Assembly (NCBI GenBank): GCA_964565945.1
Contig: CAZMGY010000021.1
Location: forward strand, 1-32,000
DNA: 32,000 nt
Source of the DNA: an uncultured bacterium
GTDB lineage: Bacteria; GCA-001730085
Reading direction: 5' to 3'
Made by a program: the position numbers and the translations under genes. Positions 21,360-29,746 of this stretch are shown here, piece after piece; position 1 is the first letter of the stretch, and each line of letters opens with the position of its first letter. The notes below the pieces were generated by a model. That model saw only the letters and a program-made list of their open reading frames with translations. It did no database searches and was not told where the DNA came from.

Positions 21360-21568
21360 TATTCGGAATCAAAGATACGGGTCATATCTACTTCTAGAAT
21401 ACGACGTTTTTTGATGCTTGGCTTACGCTCTCTCTTAGGAGCCTCTCCCAAGAGATAACCTCGGTTACCTTGAAGGGCTTGATCCTCACGAGCCACTTCA
21501 AGCACCTTTGTACTCACACTACAGCCACTCACCATCGCCAAAATGATTAAAACAATTATTGATTTCAC
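21359..21568 (-). CDS. small lipoprotein (about 69 aa)
   Basis: Lipobox LAMVSG/C after a K-hydrophobic signal. GTG at 21568 lies 7 nt after AAGGAGG. The ATG at 21574 is only 1 nt from the SD. The mature part is basic (KRERKPSIKKRR). Confidence 0.6.
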   Translation of the reverse strand: MKSIIVLIILAMVSGCSVSTKVLEVAREDQALQGNRGYLLGEAPKRERKPSIKKRRILEVDMTRIFDSE

Positions 21569-21602
21569 TAGCATACCTCCTTTAATTTCACATCAAATGG
21601 CA

Positions 21603-23363
21603 TTAATCGATCATTTTTAAATTTAATTCTCTCAATTGCTTGCCCTCCACTTCGGAAGGAGCCTCCGTCAACAAACAACTGGCTTTTTGTGTCTTTGGAA
21701 AAGCAATCACATCACGGATGCTTTCTTTGTTCAATAATAACATGACCAAGCGATCCAATCCCAACGCAATTCCTCCATGGGGCGGCGCTCCAAAAGTCAA
21801 CGCATCCAACAGAAAGCCAAATTTGGCCCGCGCTTCTTCTTCGGAAATACCCAAAAGGGTAAACATTTGATCTTGAATCTCTTTCTGATGAATCCGTATA
21901 CTTCCACCACCCACTTCGATACCATTCAAAACAAGGTCATAGGCACGTGCTCGCAAAGATCCTGGATCTTGGATCAAATCTTGAGAGCCTTCCAATATAG
22001 GCGAAGTAAAGGGGTGATGCACAGCAATGTAACGCTTTTCTTCCTCCTCCCATTCCAACAAAGGAAAGTTAACCACCCATAAAAAAACAAATTGATCTTG
22101 AGGAATAAGCTTGAGCCGCCCTCCCATTTCGAGACGTAAATACCCTAAAACTTCATTAGACACCGAGCGATCATCGGCAATAAACATGATCAAATCAGCC
22201 GACTTAGCCTGCGCCTTTGTCTTAATCGCTTCGATTTGTTCGGCATTAAAAAATTTAGCTATTGGTGACTGCACCCCCTCATCTGTGCATTTAAACCACG
22301 CCATTCCTTTGGCACCAAATTCTTGTGCCAACTTGGTGACCTTATCGATTTCTCCCGAAGAGTAACTCGCACAACCTGGAGCTACAATACACTTAACAGC
22401 ACCGCCACCTTTAATGACACTGGCAAAAACCTTAAAATCCACTTCGGCCACTAAGTCCGACACATCAACAAGCTCCATTCCAAAGCGAACATCTGGCTTA
22501 TCCGATCCATAACGCTCCATAGCCTCGTCATAATCCATACGAGGAAAGGCCCCAGGTAAATCTTGATCCAAAACATCCTTAAAAACTTTTTGCAACAAGC
22601 CTTCTATCAAGGTAAAAACATCTTCTTCGTCGACAAAAGACATTTCGACATCCACTTGAGTAAATTCTGGCTGACGATCCGCACGCAAATCTTCGTCCCG
22701 AAAACACTTCACAATTTGATAATAACGATCCATACTGGCCATCATTAAAATCTGTTTGTACAATTGCGGCGATTGAGGCAAAGCATAAAATTCACCAGGA
22801 TGAACACGACTCGGCACCAAATAGTCCCGTGCCCCTTCAGGAGTACTACGACACAACATGGGCGTTTCAACATCCAAAAACTGATGTTGATTCATATACT
22901 TACGAATCGCATGAACAATTTGGTGTCTTTTGACAAAACTCTCTTGCGTCGTTCTACGTCTTAAATCTAAAAAGCGATACTTAAGACGCAAATTTTCATT
23001 CACATCCCCATCATCCGAGATCAACAAAGGAGGCGTTTTCGCCACATTATGAATCTGAAGCTCTTCGGCAATCACTTCAATTTGCCCAGTCTTCAATTTA
23101 ACATTCTCGGTCCCTTCTAAACGACGCGCCACCTGCCCCTTAATCGCAACCACATATTCATCTCGTAAAGATTCGGACTTAGCGTAGTCATCCAAACTTA
23201 AAGTTTCGGGATTAAAAACAATTTGAGTCAAGCCATAGCGATCGCGCATATCGATAAATAAAATACCCCCATGGTCACGACGCGAATGCACCCAGCCCTC
23301 TAAGGTCACTTGCTGATCCAACTGCTCAACTGATAATTCCCCACAAGTATGCGTACGCTTCAT
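21603..23363 (-). CDS. aspS: aspartate--tRNA ligase
   Basis: 586 aa. [11 protein letters not shown]...[30 protein letters not shown]-fold N-terminus. Class II motifs ([50 protein letters not shown]). Confidence 0.97.
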   Translation of the reverse strand: MKRTHTCGELSVEQLDQQVTLEGWVHSRRDHGGILFIDMRDRYGLTQIVFNPETLSLDDYAKSESLRDEYVVAIKGQVARRLEGTENVKLKTGQIEVIAEELQIHNVAKTPPLLISDDGDVNENLRLKYRFLDLRRRTTQESFVKRHQIVHAIRKYMNQHQFLDVETPMLCRSTPEGARDYLVPSRVHPGEFYALPQSPQLYKQILMMASMDRYYQIVKCFRDEDLRADRQPEFTQVDVEMSFVDEEDVFTLIEGLLQKVFKDVLDQDLPGAFPRMDYDEAMERYGSDKPDVRFGMELVDVSDLVAEVDFKVFASVIKGGGAVKCIVAPGCASYSSGEIDKVTKLAQEFGAKGMAWFKCTDEGVQSPIAKFFNAEQIEAIKTKAQAKSADLIMFIADDRSVSNEVLGYLRLEMGGRLKLIPQDQFVFLWVVNFPLLEWEEEEKRYIAVHHPFTSPILEGSQDLIQDPGSLRARAYDLVLNGIEVGGGSIRIHQKEIQDQMFTLLGISEEEARAKFGFLLDALTFGAPPHGGIALGLDRLVMLLLNKESIRDVIAFPKTQKASCLLTEAPSEVEGKQLRELNLKMID

Positions 23364-23383
23364 AACTTTCTAACCTACTTTCT

Positions 23384-24643
23384 TCACTTTGATTGATATT
23401 GTTTGATCCACGATGCAAGATTTTTGAACACTACTTTCGTCTCGGCACCGTCATCCAAATTTTTCACCTGAACTTCTTCCTTAGCCAACTCATCATCACC
23501 CAATATAAATAACCATTTAAACTGATTTTTGTCGGCATAACGCATTTGTGACTTTAAACTTTTGCTCTCATAAGACATTTCGGCTTTAAACCCTTCTTGA
23601 CGCATCACTTGCATATGAGCAAAGGCTGTTTGTAAAGAGGCCTCTCCTAAACACGCCCAATAAACCCCTTTGCGCTCCTCGGAAGGCAAGGAGTCTTTAG
23701 GCAAAGCTATCAAAAGACGTTCCACCCCACAGGCAAATCCAACCGCAGGCGTGGCCTGACCTCCCATCGTACGCACAAGTCCATCGTAACGCCCCCCTGC
23801 TGCAATCGTATCTTGCGCTCCCAAAGACGCACACGTCACTTCAAAAACAGGTCCAGTGTAATAATCCAAACCTCGCACCAAATAAACATCTTTCACATAA
23901 TCAACACCCGACTGATCTAAATAAGAACACACCTGTTCGAAATGATCTTTGGCCTCTTGGCTTAACACTTGATCTAAGCGCGGAGCTTTTTGCAACAAGT
24001 TTTGACAAGAGGTGTTTTTGCAATCCAAAACCCTCAACACATTTTTTTCAAAACGTCTCTGACAGTCCCCACATAAATTTTCTTTATGTTGTTGCAAATA
24101 TTCTTTAAGCTGTATTTGATAGTTCTCTTTATCTTCGGGACTTCCGAGAGTATTCACTTTAAGACGTGTGCCTTGAATCCTCAAAGCTTCTAAAAAACGA
24201 ATCAAAAGGACCATCACATCTGCATCGAGCGCAGCGCCTTCGGCACCAAATGCCTCAACACCTATTTGATGAAACTGACGCATGCGCCCCGCTTGAGGGC
24301 GCTCGTAACGAAACATCGGTCCTATGTAAAACAACTTATGCAAATTGCTCTGTTGAGGTAAATGATTCTCCAAATACGCTCGCACCACGGGAGCCGTTCC
24401 TTCAGGGCGCAAAGTGATACTGCGCTTTCTAGCATCCGCAAAGGTGTACATTTCTTTTTGCACAATATCGGTGCCTTCACCAATGCCTCTTAAAAACAAC
24501 TCGGTCGCTTCAAAAATAGGGGTACGTATCTCACCAAAACCATATCGACCAAATAAGTCACGCGCCACTGTCTCAATCCAAACCCAAGAAGGACTATCAC
24601 TTGGCAAAATATCCTTAGTGCCCTTAATCGCTTTAATATTCAT
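23384..24643 (-). CDS. hisS: histidine--tRNA ligase
   Basis: 419 aa. KGTKDILP, TLRPEGTAPVVR, MFRYERPQAGRMRQFHQIGVE, GGRYDGL and GFACGVERL are canonical HisRS motifs. Confidence 0.97.
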   Translation of the reverse strand: MNIKAIKGTKDILPSDSPSWVWIETVARDLFGRYGFGEIRTPIFEATELFLRGIGEGTDIVQKEMYTFADARKRSITLRPEGTAPVVRAYLENHLPQQSNLHKLFYIGPMFRYERPQAGRMRQFHQIGVEAFGAEGAALDADVMVLLIRFLEALRIQGTRLKVNTLGSPEDKENYQIQLKEYLQQHKENLCGDCQRRFEKNVLRVLDCKNTSCQNLLQKAPRLDQVLSQEAKDHFEQVCSYLDQSGVDYVKDVYLVRGLDYYTGPVFEVTCASLGAQDTIAAGGRYDGLVRTMGGQATPAVGFACGVERLLIALPKDSLPSEERKGVYWACLGEASLQTAFAHMQVMRQEGFKAEMSYESKSLKSQMRYADKNQFKWLFILGDDELAKEEVQVKNLDDGAETKVVFKNLASWIKQYQSK

Positions 24644-24675
24644 ACAGACTTTCTTTCACACTTCGTTCGTCAGAG

Positions 24676-24948
24676 CTATTCGATACGCTCTTTCATAATC
24701 CGACCAGGTTTGAATGTGGCCACTTTTTTGGTAGGCACTTTCACAAATTCTCCTGTGCGGGGATTCCGTCCAACACGCCCCTTACGTGACTTCACTTTAA
24801 AAACACCAAAATTACGCAATTCTACAGATTCTTCTTTAGCCAAAGCTTTAATAATGTGATCAAAGGTTTTTTGCACAATCGTTTGGACTACTAATTGCTT
24901 ATGACCTGTTTCTTCTGCAATCGCAACAACAATATCTCTTTTTGTCAC
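24676..24948 (-). CDS. HU/IHF-family DNA-binding protein
   Basis: 90 aa. ...VELRNFGVFKVKSRKGRVGRNPRTGEFVKVPTKKVATFKPG is the DNA-binding beta-arm signature. GTG start lies 7 nt after GGAGG. Confidence 0.9.
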   Translation of the reverse strand: MTKRDIVVAIAEETGHKQLVVQTIVQKTFDHIIKALAKEESVELRNFGVFKVKSRKGRVGRNPRTGEFVKVPTKKVATFKPGRIMKERIE

Positions 24949-24979
24949 AACCTTGCCTCCTTCTTAATTCCAGTAAAAC

Positions 24980-25008
24980 ACATTAACATGCCCTTAAATA
25001 CATGTCAA
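24980..25008 (-). promoter_or_regulatory. candidate promoter of the HU/IHF-hisS-aspS transcription unit
   Basis: On the minus strand: TTGACA (plus-strand coordinates 25003-25008), 17-nt spacer, TAATGT (24980-24985). Confidence 0.45.
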
Positions 25009-25093
25009 TCAAGGAGTTGTGCATGTAAATCTGACAAATAGACCATTTTTTTGCTAAAATAAGCCATGACAATTTAACTTGCGAGGAAATTTC

Positions 25094-25744
25094 ATGTCTA
25101 TCAATCCATCTCTTTACCTTAAACAAATCGAACTTGGCCCCATGAATAACTACATATATATCTTGGGCGATGCCCAAACGCGAGAAGTAATGCTGATCGA
25201 TCCAGGGTGGAATGTTGCTCATTTAAAACAGGTCTTTAAGGAAGAAGAGCTTGTGCTAAAGGGGCTCTTGATCACTCATGGGCATCCCGATCACACCAAT
25301 GGCATCCAAGGCATGCTCGACGACTATGATATTCCTGTTTATGTTGCACGTGACGAAGCCTCCTTTTACAAACCGCTTGGGAACAATGTCAAAAATATCG
25401 CTCCAGGAGAACAAGTGTCTGTCGGATCCATTTCTATTGATTGCCTTCATACACCAGGCCACACACCTGGCTCTCAGTGCTTTAAAGTCGACCATCACCT
25501 GATTGCTGGCGACACACTTTTTCTCGACGGTTGCGGTAGATGCGATTTACCTGGTGGCGACGCAGAAATTCTTTACGCCTCTCTTTACAATGTTATTTTA
25601 AAATTACCCAACTCAACCATTCTTTACCCTGGCCACAACTACCATCACCTACATCACGACACACTCGAGAATCAAAAAACCACCAATCCTTTTTTGCAGT
25701 GCCATAGTTTGCATGATTTTGTTCATAATCGCAGGGGACTTTAG
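25094..25744 (+). CDS. MBL-fold metallo-hydrolase (glyoxalase II-like)
   Basis: THGHPDHTNG (HxHxDH motif), HTPGHTPGS and a later D...H. ATG at 25094 lies 6 nt after GAGGA; the ORF-track start at 25079 is a TTG. Confidence 0.85.
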   Translation: MSINPSLYLKQIELGPMNNYIYILGDAQTREVMLIDPGWNVAHLKQVFKEEELVLKGLLITHGHPDHTNGIQGMLDDYDIPVYVARDEASFYKPLGNNVKNIAPGEQVSVGSISIDCLHTPGHTPGSQCFKVDHHLIAGDTLFLDGCGRCDLPGGDAEILYASLYNVILKLPNSTILYPGHNYHHLHHDTLENQKTTNPFLQCHSLHDFVHNRRGL

Positions 25745-25758
25745 ATAAATCACATCCG

Positions 25759-27054
25759 CTAAAGCAATTCTTTCATCCGGACATAGGGATAAATGCCCGA
25801 GGAATGTCCATCATTCCATTGGATTGACAGGGCATAATTACCAAGGACTTCAATCTTCTCGGGACGAATCGTATCCGTAACATCTTCGGGCTGTAACAGT
25901 TGCTGGCCAGTCAACTCATCAACACAGTGAGCACAACGACACGACAGACGCAATTCACGATGAGGCAAGATCCAATCCTGCTGATCTTTCCAATGCAAGA
26001 TCACACACAACTCATTAGAGTCCACCTCGGGAATCAAATGTTCTCTACCTGTCGATTGCCTCAACGAACGCATAAGGGCATCTACCGCCTGAATCATCAA
26101 GTCCTTATGAATAGCTAAGTCAGGCTTCCTGGTCCAATGGTCTTGCAGAGGAAACTGCGCCAAAACCTCTAAACCAAATTGCTGCGTTAACTCCGAATCT
26201 TTCCCTCCCCCAAAAATATAATGCTTATCTTGGCAAGAACCACAAACAAAGTAGACCATATTCTCAATTACACCTAAAAGGGGCACATTCACTTTTTCAA
26301 ACATCTTGATACCGCGAGCCACATCAGCTAAGGACAAAGCTTGACGTGTGGTCACCACCACCGCTCCATTTAGAGGAACTGTTTGCGTGATCGTGAGCTG
26401 AATATCGCCTGTGCCTGGAGGCATATCCAAAAACAAATAATCCAACTCGCCCCAATCGGTGTTATGCAACAGCTGTTGGGTGTAGTTGGTGGCAATCGGA
26501 CCGCGTATCACAGCCGGAGCATCTCCCACCAAAAAACCAAAGGACATCAACTTAACGCCATCGACAATATGCGGGACAAACTTACGTTCTGGACTGAGCG
26601 CCACCCGTTCATGCTTACGAAACAAGATGGGCACCGAGGGACCAAATAAATCTAAATCAACCAAACCAACTTTCAAGCCTCGTGCCGCGGTTTCTTTGGC
26701 TAGCAAAGCTGCCACCGTCGACTTGCCCACGCCGCCTTTGCAAGACGACACAGCAATTAGGTTTTGTACTTTTTGCAAACCGCTATTATCAAACGACATG
26801 CGCGACTTCTTGGGAACAGCTGTCATCGTCACATCAACAGACTCCACGCCATCCAAAGACAAAACCAAACGTTCGGCTTCATTTTTGAATTGCTCTTTGA
26901 TCGGACATGCCCCCGTGGTTAACTCGATATCGAACGAAACAGCTCCTTTATCAATTTTTAAGTTTTTGATAAAACCCAAGTTAACAATATCTTGCCCTAA
27001 ATCGGGATCAATAATCCTTTTAAGTTCATTCAAGATCTGTTGTTCCAAATTCAT
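25759..27054 (-). CDS. apbC: Fe-S cluster carrier ATPase, Mrp/ApbC/NBP35 family, with N-terminal DUF59 and C-terminal DUF971-like domains
   Basis: 431 aa. DUF59-like N-terminus (LKRIIDPDLGQDIVNLGFIKNLKI). Deviant Walker A SCKGGVGKST. CGSC (CxxC) cluster-ligand motif. C-terminal LSCRCAHCVDELTGQQ...YALSIQWNDGHSSGIYPY resembles DUF971. Confidence 0.9.
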   Translation of the reverse strand: MNLEQQILNELKRIIDPDLGQDIVNLGFIKNLKIDKGAVSFDIELTTGACPIKEQFKNEAERLVLSLDGVESVDVTMTAVPKKSRMSFDNSGLQKVQNLIAVSSCKGGVGKSTVAALLAKETAARGLKVGLVDLDLFGPSVPILFRKHERVALSPERKFVPHIVDGVKLMSFGFLVGDAPAVIRGPIATNYTQQLLHNTDWGELDYLFLDMPPGTGDIQLTITQTVPLNGAVVVTTRQALSLADVARGIKMFEKVNVPLLGVIENMVYFVCGSCQDKHYIFGGGKDSELTQQFGLEVLAQFPLQDHWTRKPDLAIHKDLMIQAVDALMRSLRQSTGREHLIPEVDSNELCVILHWKDQQDWILPHRELRLSCRCAHCVDELTGQQLLQPEDVTDTIRPEKIEVLGNYALSIQWNDGHSSGIYPYVRMKELL

Positions 27055-27072
27055 CGAATATTCACCTCTTTA

Positions 27073-27585
27073 TCAATCTTGCACATAAATTAAATTATGC
27101 TGCAAGCAGTCTTCCAATCGTTGCAATTCGCGTCCAATGTAAAGCATATGCTCAGCGGACAATGGCAAACTTTCGCGGGCTAAGGCCTTGCTTATATCTT
27201 TAGCACTATTGCCCATAATCACTAACTGCACCGATCCTTCGAGCGTGCAATAACCCATTTGAAAGCATGGATCGGTCGCTCGTACAGCATTTAGCATCGC
27301 CGCAAAAAGATTTGGAAACTCCTCCCAAATCTTTTTGATTTTTACTTTACAAATATCAACCCAAATCCTATTGCCGTGCCTACGCACAATATCTTCAAAC
27401 CGTTCAAAATTATATCCATAGGACTCAATCAAGCTACAAAAAGACGCTTCATTCAAACAGGCCACCATGGTCAACAAAACATATCCAGGTTCGCCTTCCC
27501 AGTTCACCATAGGGTCATCATCAATGGCATCAACCATTGCACAACCACCTTCGGGGATAAATACTTTGTGCCACTTCCGCTTCAT
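27073..27585 (-). CDS. hypothetical protein with a DUF4346-like C-terminus
   Basis: The C-terminal ...GNSAKDISKALARESLPLSAEHMLYIGRELQRLEDCLQHNLIYVQD matches my recollection of the DUF4346 ending (..H.AYLGREL...E.AL....YVQD). The ATG at 27585 overlaps the orn stop (ATGA). An alternative ATG at 27537 has a better SD (GAAGGTGG, 7 nt). Confidence 0.55.
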   Translation of the reverse strand: MKRKWHKVFIPEGGCAMVDAIDDDPMVNWEGEPGYVLLTMVACLNEASFCSLIESYGYNFERFEDIVRRHGNRIWVDICKVKIKKIWEEFPNLFAAMLNAVRATDPCFQMGYCTLEGSVQLVIMGNSAKDISKALARESLPLSAEHMLYIGRELQRLEDCLQHNLIYVQD

Positions 27586-28142
27586 GATAAGAAAAAATGT
27601 TTCTGGTAATGCTTGAGCTCCTCAATGGACTCACGAATATCATCCAAAGCCAAATGAGTTTTCTTCTTGTCAAAATCTTTTTGAGGATGATCGGGATACC
27701 AGCGCTGCACCATTTCTTTAAATGAACTCACATTCACATGGCGGTAATGCAAAAATTGATCCAACTGCGACATGTACTTCACAATAAAACGACGATCTTG
27801 CTCAATCGAATTCCCACACAGCGGTGCTTTTCCAAGGTGACATAAAGGATTTAAGGCCTCTAAAATTGCTTGCTCGGCTTCGGCCACTGTTAGATTTGAC
27901 TCTTTAACTTTTGCCACCAAACCATTTTGAGTATGGCAAGTAGTGCACCACTCATCCATCGCATTTAAAATTCCGTCGGATTGATGAATCACTAAATGAG
28001 GTCCTTCGTGCATAATATTCATATTGCCATCGGTCACAATCACCGCCACTTCGATGATGTGATGCTGCTCGGGATCCAAGCCCGTCATTTCCATATCGAG
28101 CCAAACTAATGGCGTTTGAAATTTCTCTTCGGAAAAATTCAT
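27582..28142 (-). CDS. orn: oligoribonuclease (DEDDh 3'-5' exonuclease)
   Basis: 186 aa. LVWLDMEMTGLDPEQHHIIEVA (ExoI motif), GNSIEQDRRF (ExoII) and THLALDDIRESIEEL (ExoIII with His). Confidence 0.93.
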   Translation of the reverse strand: MNFSEEKFQTPLVWLDMEMTGLDPEQHHIIEVAVIVTDGNMNIMHEGPHLVIHQSDGILNAMDEWCTTCHTQNGLVAKVKESNLTVAEAEQAILEALNPLCHLGKAPLCGNSIEQDRRFIVKYMSQLDQFLHYRHVNVSSFKEMVQRWYPDHPQKDFDKKKTHLALDDIRESIEELKHYQKHFFLS

Positions 28143-28155
28143 GTTATCAACCTTA

Positions 28156-29199
28156 CTAGGGATTCAACGTTGTTTCCCCTGGTAAAATTTTCACCAAAGG
28201 AATAAAAGAACGGTCGACACGCGCCAACCAACCAATCACAAACTGTTCAATTTTTTCATTTTGGGTCAAACTACAACCTTCGACATTTTTATCATCAATT
28301 TCGGCACGCCCCATCGTTTTATGTCCACCAGCACTCCCTAACTCACCAAAAGCTTCTTGCGCCAATTTTCCTGCATTCTTGCTACGCCCATCGCAACGAA
28401 ACACCGTAATAAGGGTGTTGTTAACCACACCAGAAACAATCGCCCAATGAATGTCACCCACGCGGATCAAAAAATCCGCCACTTGCGCACAAATATCAGC
28501 CGAAGACAACGCTCCCAAATGCGCATAAACACGATTCTTGGTATAACGACGCTTAGCCAAAGCAATGCTAAAATAATCCAAACCACCTAAAGAATATTGT
28601 GATAATTCGACCCGACGCAATAAGCTATGATCAGCCCGACTATCGAGATACTCTAAAGCCCTGCGCTCGACAGAAGTCGCACTACGTCGCAAACCCTTAC
28701 TGTCGACCTGAATCCCGTGATACAAAGCCGTAGCCAAACGTTTGTGAATATTCACACCCGCTTCCATCAAATATTCGGTCAATATCGACGCTGTCGCCAA
28801 ACATTTGGGACGGATATCCGAAAAAGGTGTCACCTTGTCCGATTTGCGAGGATGGTGATCAATCACAATGTCACAACGGGGCAAATCATAATCTTTAAAA
28901 AATTCGGGTTGGGCATCCACAATCGCCACCTTGTCGGCTTTCTGAAGAGCCTCCTGCTCGACCAGACTAATCGGCATGCGCAAGGCACTGATCATCGCCT
29001 CATTTTCAAGGCGTCCAATCTCTCCCGTATAACCAATATCGGCAAAGACCCCGACCGACTTCAACAATTCCTTAAGTCCCCAAGCACTTCCAACAGCATC
29101 TGGATCCACATTCCCATAGATCACAATGTAGACTGACTTGATACCTTCAACAAAGGTGAGTAACCTGCTTACAGGCGATTGTTTTACCACAGCTGTCAT
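28156..29199 (-). CDS. DHH/DHHA1-family phosphoesterase (NrnA-like)
   Basis: 347 aa. Motif I GNVDPDAVGS, motif II VAIVD, motif III VIDHHP, motif IV GIQVDS, DHHA1 motif GSAGGHKTMG. Confidence 0.85.
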   Translation of the reverse strand: MTAVVKQSPVSRLLTFVEGIKSVYIVIYGNVDPDAVGSAWGLKELLKSVGVFADIGYTGEIGRLENEAMISALRMPISLVEQEALQKADKVAIVDAQPEFFKDYDLPRCDIVIDHHPRKSDKVTPFSDIRPKCLATASILTEYLMEAGVNIHKRLATALYHGIQVDSKGLRRSATSVERRALEYLDSRADHSLLRRVELSQYSLGGLDYFSIALAKRRYTKNRVYAHLGALSSADICAQVADFLIRVGDIHWAIVSGVVNNTLITVFRCDGRSKNAGKLAQEAFGELGSAGGHKTMGRAEIDDKNVEGCSLTQNEKIEQFVIGWLARVDRSFIPLVKILPGETTLNP

Positions 29200-29237
29200 T
29201 TGTAGATCCCTATCCCTTATACAGTTCTAAACTAACT

Positions 29238-29265
29238 ATTGTACGAAATTCTGGTTTTTTGTAAA
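29238..29265 (-). promoter_or_regulatory. candidate promoter of the DHH-orn-DUF4346-mrp operon
   Basis: On the minus strand: TTTACA (plus-strand coordinates 29260-29265), 16-nt spacer, TACAAT (29238-29243), ~40 nt upstream of the ATG at 29199. Confidence 0.5.
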
Positions 29266-29317
29266 GGCGACCTTATCTTTCAAAACCTGTCCCGTGAGAA
29301 TTTTCTCTACCCAAAAT

Positions 29318-29746
29318 TTAAACTATCATAATGTCGAAAGTCAAATTTTCATCGTAGCACATTTTGCTTTTAAACGTCGCCCACACAGGTCGGTGAAATA
29401 ACACGCGCGTGCATGCAAAAGTTGTTTTGCCTTCAAAATACTCTTCATCAAAACGGCCGACCCTGGACTCATCGGTGAACTCTTGCAAAAAATGTCGCGG
29501 GGAAATAATATTGTCTTCGACACGATGACCCCGAATCACCGTCGATTCGTCTTTAACCACATAAGACATGCCGTGATCAATTGCTATCAACTTGGCAAAC
29601 AAGAGATGTATCAGATCGACACCGAAGTGACCAATCAAAATCACATCGTTCTCTTGCTGAGACTGGCCTTGTAGATGTCTGTACAGATCGGCTAAGTGTT
29701 CCATTGCACGTTGCACTCAAACCACATTATAGAAAAATGTTTTCAT
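29318..29746 (-). pseudogene. decayed endonuclease/exonuclease/phosphatase (EEP)-like gene remnant with an in-frame TGA
   Basis: AAGGAGG, 6 nt, then ATG (29746) opens MKTFFYNVV, followed by TGA (29717-29719). The same frame continues as the 132-codon ORF (GTG 29716). Motif remnants are YNV (N-terminal EEP motif), VILIGHFG (compare GDFN), IDHGMSYVV (compare IDxI) and LFHRPVWATF (compare SDHxPV). The catalytic residues are substituted and ~100 aa of a normal EEP domain are missing. Confidence 0.45.

Noticed and set aside
26486-27088. 200-aa plus-strand ORF antisense to the Mrp/ApbC gene
   Set aside because: It is the mirror frame of a strongly conserved gene and has a low-complexity Ser/Thr/Lys/Pro composition. 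This is a typical antisense shadow ORF. The same applies to 760-975, 8037-8384, 8766-9116, 28717-29136 and similar entries.
29717-29719. The in-frame TGA read as selenocysteine, or as a sense codon in an alternative genetic code
   Set aside because: TGA clearly functions as a stop in this window (hisS, the propeller gene and the 318-aa gene all end in TGA). No convincing SECIS-like hairpin follows the codon. A nonsense mutation or pseudogene is simpler.
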